Notes: generated by a model not told the origin, from the letters alone. DNA of 64,000 nucleotides from Antedon mediterranea (GCF_964355755.1 NC_092675.1:15410912-15474911), one strand, 5' to 3'; counted from the first letter of the stretch, positions 37,949 to 51,036 are shown. Numbers and translations: made by a program.

Positions 37949-38815
37949 TTAAATTACTTGTTTTTGTTTCTCTTTCTTAAATTTTTTTTTTTCAATACTC
38001 TTTGTTTTTTCTTCTGTCCTGCCTTCATTTCCGGACTGTTCCTTCAGATCTCTCGCTGCTTTCTTGTTTGTGCTAACACTTTTACTTTTTTGCATACTTT
38101 TTTCAAAGTAGTCAGTTACCTTCTTCTGTTCATGCTCCTCTCTTTCCCCAACTTCCTGCTCCTCTCTTTCTTCAGCTTTCTGGTACTTTCTTCCCGGTAC
38201 TTCTTGTTCCTCTCCTTCTTCAACTTCCTCCTCCTCTCTTTCGTCCACTTCCTGCTCTTCTCTCTGCTCCTCTCTGTCATCATCTTCCTGCTCATTTTGG
38301 TTTGTGTGTTGTTCTATAGTGATCACACTTGTTTCTTTCTGCGCATTTTCATCATCCGATGATTCACTACTTCCATCAATACTAAACACTTCATCATGTG
38401 TTTCTGTATCAGATTGTACCGTAGCTCTTTTCCCGTAGTGGTTATCGTTAGCATTACTATTTTTTGGGTTTTCAAAGTTAAAAACCGATTCCCAAACTTT
38501 ATTAATGTATGCACCAGGTGAACCAGATGATGATACATTATGCGCTTCAACATTACATCTGTCCCTAGTATGCCCTGGTAAATGACACTTGAAACAGATT
38601 ATATCAGCTTTGCATTGAAAAGCTAAATGCCCAGTCTTTGTACATTTGTTGCATTTCACTTCCTGACCGTCATGAAAAGCCCGTGCTCTAAAACCATTTA
38701 TTATTATTTGTCTTGGTATAGGCAATTTTAGCTTTTCTACAACGACAGCTCTGTCACCGTTTAGCCAGCTGGTTAATTGGCCATTAACCCTTATTTTTAG
38801 CCTTGTAACATCTCC
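37949..38815 (-). CDS. Tx1 ORF1 (gag-like, zinc knuckles), 5'-truncated
   Basis: NGDR..PIPRQIIINGFRARAFHDGQ..CNKCTKTGHLAFQC..CFKCHLPGHTRDRC followed by a Glu-rich region. Confidence 0.85.
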   Translation of the reverse strand, partial: GDVTRLKIRVNGQLTSWLNGDRAVVVEKLKLPIPRQIIINGFRARAFHDGQEVKCNKCTKTGHLAFQCKADIICFKCHLPGHTRDRCNVEAHNVSSSGSPGAYINKVWESVFNFENPKNSNANDNHYGKRATVQSDTETHDEVFSIDGSSESSDDENAQKETSVITIEQHTNQNEQEDDDREEQREEQEVDEREEEEVEEGEEQEVPGRKYQKAEEREEQEVGEREEHEQKKVTDYFEKSMQKSKSVSTNKKAARDLKEQSGNEGRTEEKTKSIEKKKFKKEKQKQVI

Positions 38816-40760
38816 TATCTATATCTATTCTACTTAAAAAGCACCATACTGAACAACCATAGTTGATAGATGGGAGAACTATCGATCTCCACAGAGTATC
38901 CCCATAATATACTCTGTTAAAGTTATCAAAGCTACTGATAATTGATTTAACGTACGCTAATAATCTTTGACCTTTTTTTATAACATTCTCAATTTGTATA
39001 TGGTCATTTAATTTACGAGAAATATGTACACCGAGATATTTATATGATTCAGTTTCAGATATAAAGCCATTACCTAATTTCCATTGTCTTACTTTATCAA
39101 CATGTTTACCAGTTATCAGTATATTTGACTTTTCAAAATTAAAGCATAATTTCCATTCCTTAGCAAAATTTCCTGCAAGGTCTAACATTCTTTTCATTTC
39201 CAGTTCATTGTTAGCTAATAATACAATATCATCAGCCCAAAAAAGGCTACCCATTCATGTATCATTTACTCTAATACCTATATCCTTGGATCTTAACATT
39301 TTGGTAAACTCATTTATGTAGATGCTAAATAAAACAGGTGATAAAACGCACCCTTGCTTTACTCCTTGATCAATATCAAAAATATCTGTATCAATTATAC
39401 CAGAGGAGACTTTACCTTTAACATTAGCATAAAGCTTATCAATCATCCTCCATACCTTTCCTCTTATTCCTGTATTCCAAATTGATTTCATTAAGCCGTC
39501 TCTCCATCATACACTATCAAATGCTTTTCGGAAGTCCAAGAAGGCCATGTATGTATGCTTACCCTGTTGTAAGCGACAAGTTGCTATACTCTTTAAAACA
39601 AAGATATGATCTTCGCATCTATACGAAGGTCGAAAGCCTCCCTGGACTTCCGAAAGAATAGCATTGTCTTCAAGATAGAGAGAGATATTTTTGGCAACTA
39701 TCCTATTAAAGATTTTGGATATACAAGAGGTTAACGATATCCCTCGATAATTATTGAGATCATTGCGATCCCCTTTTTTGTAAATAGGAACAATTACACT
39801 AATATTCCACTCGCTTGGTATTTGTTCTAGTTTTAAAATTTGTAAAAATAGGTCTAATATAGATCTGATTAATTTGTCGCCACCATTCTTAATTAATTCA
39901 TTTGTTATATTATCTAGACCTGGTGACTTATTATTCTTTGCCATTAGTATAGCCTCTTTTACAATATCATAATCTATCTTAACATCATACAAACAATTTT
40001 CGTCAACATCTTTATCATATGTACAATTTGTTTTTGTTTGATTTCTAATATTATTAACAAAACGACTTGTAAGGTAAGTACCGCAATCATTAAGATTCAT
40101 ATTGGCTTTGCCAAGATTTTCCCAGTAATCTTTTACAACCTCATTCATTTTCCCTTTTTCGACAATGTTTTCACCAGAGTCTCTTGATTTAATACATTGA
40201 ATATTTTTACTGTTATTTGTATTGCCTTTTAGCACTTTCCAAAAGTCTTTACAAGATTTACCACCTTTGTTTGCAATTTCAATAGATTTGCTAACACGTT
40301 TTTCTGTGATTTTCTGAGCAACAAGTTGCTTAACATGTTTCTGTGTCTCTTTATAATGTTCCCACAGTGTAACGCCATTATCATAATTCATATTATTATT
40401 TGTGTTATTATTATCAGTACAGTTCCTATTAGTAATTTTATTATTTTTAACCCATGTTCTGTGTTCTCGCGACGCAATTTTCCTTTTTTTGATGGCATCG
40501 TCTATCTCTTTGTCAAACCACGGTTTGTTTTTATTATTTACACGTCTAATTCCGATACCTTCAGTGGCTGCCTCGATAATTTTTTCCTTCCACAAATCCC
40601 ATGTAGTATCGATATTCTTTTCGTTACTAACATTCCAGTCATTAAATTTTTCTTCAACTTTTTGTTGATAAAAGGAATAATCTTGGTTATGTTTAATATC
40701 CCAAATTGGTTTATTGATTACTTGTCTGTTGATTACTTATGTTAAGATTATTTAGTGTTA
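38816..40760 (-). mobile_element. RTEX-like LINE, RT-containing part (5'-truncated)
   Basis: KSPGLDNITNE, NYRGISL, FLDFRKAFDSV, KQGCVLSPVLF, FWADDIVL; two in-frame TGA stops at ~39507 and ~39255. Confidence 0.9.
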
Positions 40761-43700
40761 ACAGTACAAAGTATATTCTTGTGATATATATTCTTTTTCT
40801 TTACTCACCACCACCAGTCAGTTTAGTAACGGTCGAATGATCTCGAGAAACAATAGTCTAGCTGCTATTGTGGTCACGGCCACGCGGATCAATTGTGTTG
40901 CTATATTTATATCAGGGAAGAGTTAATTTAACTCTTCCCTGATTTATATCATAAACTACCTTTGCTTACAATAACAACGTGAAATCTTTTTTGCAAGTCA
41001 TTCATCGAAATGAAGCATTGTGGGCAATCCAATCTGAGAGATTATCGATATAATTTACACATTATGGTTAATTCTGACATAAGTGAGCACAATGGAACAA
41101 CTTCGGTACAAATCTCTACCTGATCTATCGCAGATATGTACCGTGAAATGTAAATTTTATAACTTTAGTCTATTACGATATTGTTCCACATTTCTATCTT
41201 AGGAAGATATAAAGAGTTTTTTAACAAATTTATAATTTATAATTACGCGGTCAAACTAATTCACGATGAGTTCATCATCATTCATCATTAAAATTTATCC
41301 AATAGAACAATATTGCAATGTCATAAAAAATAGATCATTTTTCATTCATTTTATCAGTACAAAGTATCATTAATTAGGTTCACTAGTATTTTAAATATTT
41401 TATCAAGGGTTTAATTTATTTTTAGCAATATATACAATAGTATTAATTTAAATGCATTTATTTATTTACTTATAAGAATCCTATATAACATGCAGAATGT
41501 CCATCACGAAAAACAAATAAAAATGGTCGCTCCATAAAAAAGAAAATATTTAACCCGTAAACATCAAAAAGTTATTTAAAACATTAAAAAAACAGTGCAT
41601 TTTATTGAGAGTTAAGCAGATCAACAATATAAGGTACAGCAGACCATTTATATTTGTCGGTTTTACATTTAGGCCGCTTCAAGATTTCAACCATTTTCGC
41701 TTGCGGCAAGGAGGGAGCATATCCCTGTGCAAAGACGATTTTAGATTATAAATTATAGATTGACTTATAAGGTGGGTTACTATTAGAAGGGGGGTTACTA
41801 TTAGAGTGTGGGTTACTATTAGAAAATATACGGTACCCTAAAAATAAACAAGGCAATGGCTGCAGTCGCCTTCTCAAATTTGAGTTAGTGTTTACCGACC
41901 GACCAACAGAGTCGTGTTTCCATCCGACTAAAAATGTCAAAACTAATTTTCAAAAGGTACATAGTAATTGAATGTATATGATATACTAAAGTTATATTTA
42001 GGCATATATTAGGATGAACTGTGTATAATTTAAGGTTTTATAAAATTATTTTGGGTGAATTCATTAATCCATTATTATCTTCAAGTTGTGATCTCTAATT
42101 TTCTTTAACTTTTAATATCCGAACTATATTTTATGTTACTGACTGTATATTATCTTATTTAAAAAATATATTCATTTTATAAGATTAATACATTAATAAT
42201 ATTTCAATAGATAAAATTATTAAATAGGCCTAATAACAGTTAATCAATCATTGTAAAAATGTGTACTTCTGAAGTTCTGCTAATTTTATTTTCCGATATT
42301 GTGAAAGAGCATATTATGGTTAATCAATTATTAACGATTTAGATATCAAGTGTGCTCAATTGTCAAATTATGACTACTGATTATATCCGATTATAAAATA
42401 GATTATTAATACTATAGTAATACAGACGCATGCAGCTACAATACGGTACGACTGCACTGCTCAGATGTTAAAAATAAGCACAGGGGTCGTGAAACACACG
42501 GTCAGTCTGTGGTTCTTTTTTGGCCAGCCTGTGGTCCAAGGGCGCTAGACTTTTGGCCAGCCTGTGATCCCGAGGGCGCTAGAAATTTTCGGCAGCACGC
42601 ACGAGCAGGTAAATGTTTTTCTCAAAAACTATAGAGGGCGCTCCCCAACGTTTATTAACACAGTTTTATTTCGCCCGGCGATCCCATTCAAAATTGGAGT
42701 ATCAGTTTATGGACTGATTATTTTTCACGCTGCTGCTCTAGCCCGCTACACGTCCCATTAGGACTACTCAATCAGAAGCTAAATCAAGCAGCAGTTATAG
42801 TTCTAAGGACGACAGTTTTGCGAAAATGGAAACTCCACTATAATTTATTGATTCCAGCTGCTACAGTAGACCCAAAAAACGTCTGGGAAAAGAGTCTATT
42901 AGGACATGTCATGCTAAATACAAATCCCAAAGCATTTCTGGTATATTCACTGTCAGATATTCATTGAATTATTATCGAAACAGTTCATTAAAGTTTGTGT
43001 TTGTAATAGGATACTTCACACTTGAAATATCTAGGGTGATGAAGTGACCCCTAGGCTTGACCTTAGCAATAAAATTAACTAAATTGAGTATTCACTTCTG
43101 TAACAAAAAAATAATATTTATTCATATATAAAAAGAGAAAAGAAACCCAAAAACCATTTTCGGGCAGACAATTTAAGTATTTGTTGCTTTAAATTACATT
43201 TTTTCAGGTAAAATAAATATTATATGACAATAAAATGACACATTCAAAAACATTTGAAATAAAAAATATTTTTCAATAAGCGAGCAGCGTTTTTTGTAAG
43301 AAATATTTCTTGTTTTAAATAGCGATTAATATCAATGTTTTAAAAACAATTGTCAATCGTAATTTGCTTTTATAGGCCTATAAGAATGATTTTAATGCTA
43401 TATTAAAATCGGCTTGGTCATGAAATCATGAAAATATCCTCTATAAACATTTATTAGTAATTACTTCAGTTCAGTTTCATTAACATTTTGTTTTTGTATA
43501 TTAATTATCATTAAAAATGTAATATTTGAATCATCATCTTTGGTTATTAGTTTAGAGATGTATGCAGCCAGTTTGTAGTTTAAACGTAACAGCACGTATA
43601 ACCAAGCAATCATTTTGAAGTTAATCTAACGTGGTATGATATAGCAGCCAAGAACACAAACACATTTATTAATTCATTTTAAGCTTCATTTTCCTTCTTT

Positions 43701-45324
43701 GTAGTTTAAGTTAGCTTTCACTCTAGGGGTCTAGGACAAATAACCCCTGGACAACTACCACCCGGACAACTACCACCCGGACAATAACCCCCTGAACAAT
43801 CACTCTCCTAGGACAACTACCCCCCGGGCAACTACCCTCTTAGGACAACTACCCCTAGGACAATTACCCCCTAGGACAACTACCCCCTAGGACAACTACC
43901 CTCTAGGACAACTACCTCCTAGGACAACTACCCTCTAGGACAACTATCCCTAGGACAATTACCCCCTAGGAAAACTACCCTCTAGCTATACCCACTAGGA
44001 ACAACTACAGCATACGATTGGTAACCAAATTAACAAGCTGCTTCTTTTGGTGCTAATTGTATTGTAAAATCAAATGGTGTGTAAAGAGGGGACTGCGAGG
44101 GGTTGTACCACACTATATATTTAACAATATTAGAGGTGAAATTATTAAAATATCGACGTATGTACCTAACATTTGTAGTATATTTTGTAATAACTGTAGC
44201 GATATTAATTTTTTTTAAAACTTCTAGGACAAACTATGAAAAACGATTTCCTCAATTGGCGCAGTTAGCTATGTTTTCAAAATAGGAAGACTAAGAAATG
44301 TATGAACTGTCAAACGGGGGAGAGAGAGATTGATTTTCAAATCGTCTAATGTAATCAATTGTTTTATAGTGTAGGTTTTTTTTAATCTAAAGTAAAATTA
44401 GGAGGTTCTGTTCTGTAGAAAACGAATTGGAATAACATGAATAAGTAGAAATGTTTAAGTCATAAACATATCATGGATATAATTATTCTCTAGGTTCTAA
44501 AAACGTTTATTGTCCTATTTTCTCAGGAGTGGAAAAAAATGTAAAAACAAATCAATTTAAGTTCTTCTATGAAGTAGTTACAGCCAAACCAATATTCCAT
44601 TATTACTGGACTTGTAGTAGTAAACGTATAATGTCATTAAACAGCATAACATAAGCTCTTACGGTAAAACATTTGTTTTGAAAACGAAAAGAAAGAACAA
44701 AATCGGGCCAATTTTATCGATAATAAGGGTCTGCTCCAGTCCCGGCCCACTATCTTACAAATTCCCTCTAGTCCAACTGCTATGCCCCTAGGACAACTAC
44801 CCCTCTAGAACAACAACACTCTCTGAACAACCACATCTTCACCTTAGATTATAATTACGATCTTGTAAAACTTACTGAACTTCAAAACATAGGGAGAGAG
44901 ATTGATCTTAACTTAAATGAAAGACTGTTTGATTCACTGGTGCAGCTACTGTAGGTAACTGTATGTTCCTAGATTTATATACGGCATCTTCATGCCACAC
45001 AAGAATAAAATAAGCCACCCTTTTATTTTTCAAGAATACGTTTTAATAATTTGATCAATTCTCGTTTAATGTAAAATAACTGCCGACGATACGCATATTA
45101 AAAACATCAAAAGCTTTCATATAAGCAATCACTCTCCCTATGTTTTAAAGTTCAGTAAGTTTTACAAGATCGTAATTATAACCCAAGGTGTAGGTGTCAT
45201 GATATAGGTGTGGTTGTTCAGAGGGTGTTGTTGTCCTAGGGGAATAGCAGTTGGACTAGAGGGTACTTGTCCTAAGAGGGTAGTTGTCCTAGAGGGTAGT
45301 TGTCCTAGGGGGTAGCTGTCCTAG

Positions 45325-48255
45325 TAGTAGAGCAGTTAATGACATGAGCTGTGCACTTTATTACCAAAGCATGAAACTTTCCACAAAGTGTGTTTGATGT
45401 ATATAGATTCAAAATATCGGTGGGGGGGGGGGGGGGTGCCAAGTGTCCAACATCCGGTATGGCGGCCATCTTGATTTCAAAATGGCCACCATAAAATCAA
45501 AAAATGTTCATATCTTGGCAACTATACAAATTAAAGACTTAATTCTGGTCTCAAATTGGTCACAAACTATATATTTCTATTTGCTCTAATGAAAAGTTTT
45601 GTCCAAAAATGACCGGAAATGACGTTTCTTACAGTTTGACCTTTGACCTCGTATTTGTATATCTCTGTAACTACTGGTCATTTTCAATCGATTTTGGTGT
45701 CATTTTGTTCAGAATAAATACATTTATATTTGTAGTAATGGAACATTTTCACATAAAATGACCTTTGACATTTATTTATTGATTTTTAATTATGTGAATA
45801 TACTGTATGGGGTTTTTGTTGGTCTTAAATGCACCTAATTTTGAACTTTTACCTGATAGGCGTAATTAATTATATTAAATGATTAATGGACTTAAATTGT
45901 ATATAGTACATAAAATTGGTAAACATTGTGCTTGGTGGTACCATTAGTTCAACGATGTTGGCACCTTCTGATTCGCTAAAAGTTTTAATAGTTTGACAGA
46001 GGAAATAACATACATGAATGGAATACCGTAAAACCTCAAAAAGGTGATAGTATGAGCTTCTTTTCGAGATAGACTGTATTTGAATTTCAAATAATTAGTA
46101 TGATGATCGTGTTTATATCAATATATTATTAATGACCTTACAAAGAACCCTTTATATTTCAACAATTAAGCCTCAGTTATTCTACAATTTATGGTTTTCC
46201 AAGTGGTAGGCCTATTTTGATTGCATCTTCTTTTTGTATGCTTCCTGGGTTAATATGGTCCTAACCCTCCTTCTTTGTCTGTAGATTGTCTTACACCCCT
46301 TTCTTTGTATGTGGATGGTCCTATACCCCCTTTTTTGTCTGTCGATGGTCCTAGACCCCCTTCTTTGTCTGTTGGTGGTCTTATAATCTCTTTGTGTGTG
46401 GATGGTCTTGCACCCCTTCTTTGTCTGTGGGTGGTCTTACATCCCTTTCTTTGTTTGTAGATGGTCCGACACCCTTCTTTGTCTGTGGATGGTCCTACAC
46501 CCCCTTCTTTGTCTGTGGATGGTCTTATACCCTCTTCTTTATCTGTAAGTGGTCCTATACCACTTTCTTTGTCAGTGGATGGTCTTACACCCCCTTCTTT
46601 GTCTGTGGATGGTATTATACCCCCTTCTTTGTCTGTGGATGGTCTTATACCCCCTTCTTTGTTTGTGGATGGTCTTACCTCTCCTTCTTTGTCTGTGGAT
46701 GGTCCTACACCCCCTTCTTAGTCTGTGAATGGTCCTACACCCCTTCTTTGTCTGTGGATGGTCTTATACCCCCTTCTTTGTCTGTGGATGGTCTTATACC
46801 CCCTTCTTTGTTTGTGGATGGTCTTACCTCTCCTTCTTTGTCTGTGGATGGTCCTACACCCCCTTCTTTGTCTGTGAATGGTCCTACACCCCTTCTTTGT
46901 CCGTGGATGGTCTTATACCCCCTTCTTTGTCTGTGGACGATCCTACACCCCCTTCTTTGTCTGTGGATGGTCCTATACCCCTTTCTTTGTCTGTGGATGG
47001 TCTTACACCCCCTTCTTTGTCTGGACCCACTACTTTGATTGATTAAATCAGACATTGTTTCTTGTATGATTAGGAGACCAAGACCTTCAAAGTGAAAGTC
47101 CACAGGTGGATGCCTAAAAAGGTCTTGTACAGAACAGTATATTGTAGGTCCATGTCACTAATTTGAGGATTACTTGAATAATTATATTGAGATGTCTTTT
47201 ACGAATTGATTTGGTTCGGATTTTGCTAAAAAATCTATGACTAGAGAAAATGATTCAGATGAAAGGTTTACAGCAATACCATAAAAATGGAGTACATTTT
47301 TTTTGATGCAACGAAAATGAACAAGAATTATCTGAGTTTTTGACTAATGAAAGTAGGTCTACTGCACAAATGCAGGATAAGTTTGTAGTAAGTACTTCGA
47401 AAGACGATGTTCTTTTCTCTTAACTCACCAAAATGAGAACTTTCCGAACTTATCTCATATTTAACATCAAAGAGGCCAAACATTTTTCCAAATGGCATCT
47501 AACAATTCAATTCAACATATGGTATAATACATAAAAAAAGAAGAAAATATGAAGGAGAGAGGACAAAAACTGTTATCTAACGATTGACACATCACACTAA
47601 CAAGTCGGCATAGATGAGCTCAGTGATCTGTCATACTTTATGCCTATCCTATCACATCAAAATTCAAAAATTCATAATAATAATTACTGGTCATTTTTGC
47701 GTTAAGTGTCATTTATTTCGGTATAAAAATTAGGTGCATTTATACCAATGTAAACCACATACAGTATGTTCACATAATTATATATGTTAAAGGTTATAAA
47801 TTGTACTTCCAGTCATTTTATGTGAAAATGCTTCATTACTACAAATATAAATGTCTCTATTCTGAACAAAATGACACCAAAATCGATTGAAAATGATCAG
47901 TAGTTACTGAGATATACAGATAAGAGGTCAAAGGTCAAACTGGAAGAAACGTCATTTCCGGTCATTTTTGGACGAAACTTTTCATTAGAGCAAATAGAAA
48001 TATGTGGTTTGTGAACAATTTAACACCAGAATCAAGTCTCCATTGTTTATAGTTGCCAAGATATGAACACTTTTTGTTTTTACGGTGGCCATTTTGAAAT
48101 CAAGATGGCCGCCATACCGGACGTTGGACACTTGGCACCCCCCCCCCCCCCGATATTTTGAATCTATATACATCAAAAAAACTTTGTGGAAAGTTTCATG
48201 CTTTGGTAATAAAGTGCACAACTTGGCTATTTTTATGGCGTTAACTGCTCTACTA
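45325..48255. mobile_element. Non-autonomous Academ-type element (~520-bp TIRs, TAG...CTA, 3-bp TSD TAG)
   Basis: tagtagagcagttaa... / ...ttaactgctctacta; TAG at 45322-45324 and 48256-48258; removal rejoins the host array. Confidence 0.88.
46255..47025. repeat. ~30-bp minisatellite (TCTGTGGATGGTCTTATACCCCCTTCTTTG), about 25 copies, inside the Academ-type element
   Basis: Direct inspection; gives rise to the repetitive ORFs at 46275-47103. Confidence 0.95.
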
Positions 48256-48339
48256 TAGGGGGTAGTTGTTCGGGTGGGAGTTGTCCGGGTGGTAATTGTC
48301 CAGGGGGTAGTTGTCCGGATACGCACTCTAGAAGAATGA

Positions 48340-48525
48340 ACAATCAATTACTAAGAATATATTATATAAAAGACAATTTCCACATCAATCAAGTTATCAA
48401 AAAGGTTAATAGGAGCATACATGCGTACATTAAATCTATTATAGATAGGCTCAACAAGTTTTATCTTGTTGTATATGGAGATATCCTTTGGAGATGTATC
48501 GGCCTTCCGACTGTTAAATTCGCGC
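48340..48525 (+). mobile_element. Short relic of the RTEX-like LINE family
   Basis: HINQVIKKVNRSIHAYIKSII...YGDILWRCIGLPTV aligns by eye with QIENVIKKGQRLLAYVKSII...YGDTLWRSIVLPSI of ORF 38784-39254. Confidence 0.75.
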
Positions 48526-48612
48526 GCTGTCACGACCTTTTTCACTTTTAAGCTCCCCCTTCTAATTTGCATGTTAAAACGTTCTGTCTCACGATTGAGT
48601 AGGCTCGCTCAG

Positions 48613-48950
48613 CACAAAACATGAATTTTGTCGACACAAAATGAATTTTGTCGACACAAAATGAATGTTGTCGACACAAAATGAATTTTGTCTATACAAA
48701 ATTAATTTTGTCGACACAAAATAAATGTTGTCGACACAAAATAAATGTTGTCGACAAAAAATGAATTTTGTTTATACAAAATGAATTTTGTCGACACAAA
48801 ATACATTTTGTCGACACAAAATAAATTTTGTCGACACAAAATGAATTTTGTCGACACAAAATTGACTTAATTTTGTTGACACAGAATGAATTCTGTCGAC
48901 ACAGAATGGATTTTGTCTAAATATAATTAATTCTATCGACATAAAATTCA
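48613..48950. repeat. 20-bp quasi-palindromic minisatellite (ACACAAAATGAATTTTGTCG), about 15 copies
   Basis: Direct inspection; most unit junctions contain GTCGAC. Confidence 0.92.
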
Positions 48951-50619
48951 ATTATGTGTCACATAGGCCTAATTGTATTTTGTCGACAAAATGAGTAATG
49001 ATTATCTTGACTATCCAAACACTAGCCGGTGCACCAGAAGGGCATATTCTTACATTGCTATCATTAAAATGATTCTAAAAGAGATGATTAACTCTGACTT
49101 TTGTTGTAGAGCGCACATGTTTCACAACTTCCAGACACTATTCTGTGAAGATTTTGATCATTTTGTGTCTAGTTCTGTAAAAAGGTTTTATTATCTATAC
49201 GTGGCCACCAAGATTTGACCACCAGGATTGATTTCTTATTAATCATTTAAAGTGAACACAATCATTCCAAGCATTGCTTTTTTTAAATATTAGTTGACAT
49301 TGACTTGGTTCTATTAGTATCTGACCCTTGCCACTGCCAATAATGATTGTTGATGTCCCATTCATTTTATCCTAATAGTCTATTGTTTTCCAATACTATG
49401 TAATGTTTTGTTATGAATAAGACGCATAAAGAAGAGAATCAGATGAGTTCTGGCTTCATACTGCTAACTTTGAACAGTTATATGCAACCTTGGGAAAGAT
49501 GGACCTATTATAAACAGGTTTCCTTTCTCTTCAGAAAAAACAAAGTGTACTACACTATGCACAGGAAAACTATCTGTGGCTACCAACCATATCGAGACTC
49601 ATATACATTATCAATATTGGGGTCTGTCTGTGTAGTGAGTTGTGGATTCCAGTTTTTATTAGCCAATAAAAGTAAAGATCTAAAGCTTTTTTGACCAAGA
49701 TTATAGATCTGAGTAAATGTGTCGTCAACTAGAGAAACAGGCAATATTCTCCTAATATTTTCAAAAGGTAAATAAATCCTGATGGTGATGATCTTATGAA
49801 AGGTAATCATTGAAACATTTGAAAAATACAGCATTTGCAGAACTTGACAATGAAAAGACAAACACATCCAAGATCTAGAAAGAGATGGGGATTCGTGAAT
49901 GGCCAGAGTCCTAGAAATTGTGATTTGAAATGGTGAAGTTAACCTACTTTTGCATGCATTGTCGAAATAAAATGTGGGGGATGGGGTGCATGGACTGGGC
50001 AACCTGGATCTGCCTATGCCCTATTCAGTGAATGATTCTGATGAATAGTAGTTTATTGCCCAGAAACAAATACTGTAGCCCTAATAAATTCAACTATGTG
50101 ATCGCAAGTCATTGAAGGTCAGCGTAACATTTTAACATCATAAGATTTTTACAGTCATAATATTAATTTCATTATTTATTTTACAGTATTATAATACATT
50201 TATAGAAAAAATGTTAAAATACCAAAACTTCACTGATCAAATAACGTAATTACATTTACGAACATCGATCTTATAGTTTGACCATTAAATTACAACTCTT
50301 CCCTGGTTTGACTAACTTTGCATTATTTAGTATATCACTTGTTAAAATGTGAACCTTTGATCTATGTCAACTGGTGTAGTGATGAATGTGCTTCTTTGAT
50401 TGTGTATGATTGATTGATGTTTTAAATAAATAATAAAAGAAAAAATTGTTAGTTTTTATTTAGTTTTATAGGCAACTTTTGTGATTGGTCAATATTGACA
50501 TTTGACCTTTAATTGAAGTATTTGTTTTATAAGGTGACTAAATAGATACCTATAACCATACAAATGTATTAAAAGACCAAATTCAAACAATTTAGTAGCA
50601 TTAATATATAGATACACAT

Positions 50620-51036
50620 ATATATATATAAACACATCAGGATATTATATTTCAGTATATCACCAAGCGGTTTAGAATTAATGTTCATTGACCGAGACTT
50701 GAACTCGGACCGCCTGCTTGATATGCAGATGTCCTAACCATTAGACCACTGGGGCTTTCATGGTATTGTTCAAACTCGAATGGATAGCGACTCTTTAACA
50801 TTCTCGGCGTGGTACGGTGAAACAGCACTAGTCCTCAGTTGTACGCACGCGCACCAGAGATCAAAATGATACGCCCTTATCTTTCAGTATTTTTATTCCA
50901 TGGCGGGATCTCCGAAGAGATACATTTATATATATAAACACATTAGGCAATGAACATTAATTCGAAACCGCCCGGGGATATAATGAAATTTAATTAATTA
51001 ATTTAAAACGATAAAGATGACAATCTGTGAGAATGA

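Larger units (their letters stand above)
33757..38815 (-). mobile_element. L1/Tx1-clade LINE, 5'-truncated in ORF1, nested in the RTEX-like LINE
   Basis: ORF1 with two CCHC knuckles and an acidic tail; ORF2 APE endonuclease plus RT plus C-terminal Zn finger; poly(A) at 33757; 16-bp TSD TATCTATATCTATTCT at 33741-33756 and 38816-38831. Confidence 0.95.
43727..48323. mobile_element. TIR element with tandemly repeated GGACAACTACCCCC(TA) subterminal arrays (MULE/foldback-like), 8-bp TSD
   Basis: Array at 43735-44008; complementary arrays at 45235-45324 and 48256-48320; CACTCTAG at 43719-43726 and 48324-48331; additional internal inverted repeat at ~44767-44900 / ~45132-45262. Confidence 0.8.

Noticed and set aside
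35277-38362. Plus-strand ORFs overlapping the Tx1 element
   Set aside because: Antisense shadows of ORF1/ORF2 with no recognisable motifs.
39255-39509. Two in-frame TGA codons in the RTEX-like RT as possible selenocysteine or readthrough
   Set aside because: One is an extra codon within FDSV-WR (a small duplication) and neither is at a conserved Cys; the element is truncated and interrupted; no SECIS seen.
41768-41834. Tc/pogo-like right end (ggttactattaga x3 ...atatacgg TA)
   Set aside because: Only one end is visible; not enough to define an element.
46275-47103. Pro/Ser-rich and Cys/Trp-rich repetitive ORFs
   Set aside because: All frames derive from the 30-bp minisatellite inside a non-autonomous transposon.
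49140-49960. Possible very old LINE relic or host exon (ORF 49580-50002)
   Set aside because: No convincing RT motif or splice-consistent frame could be read.
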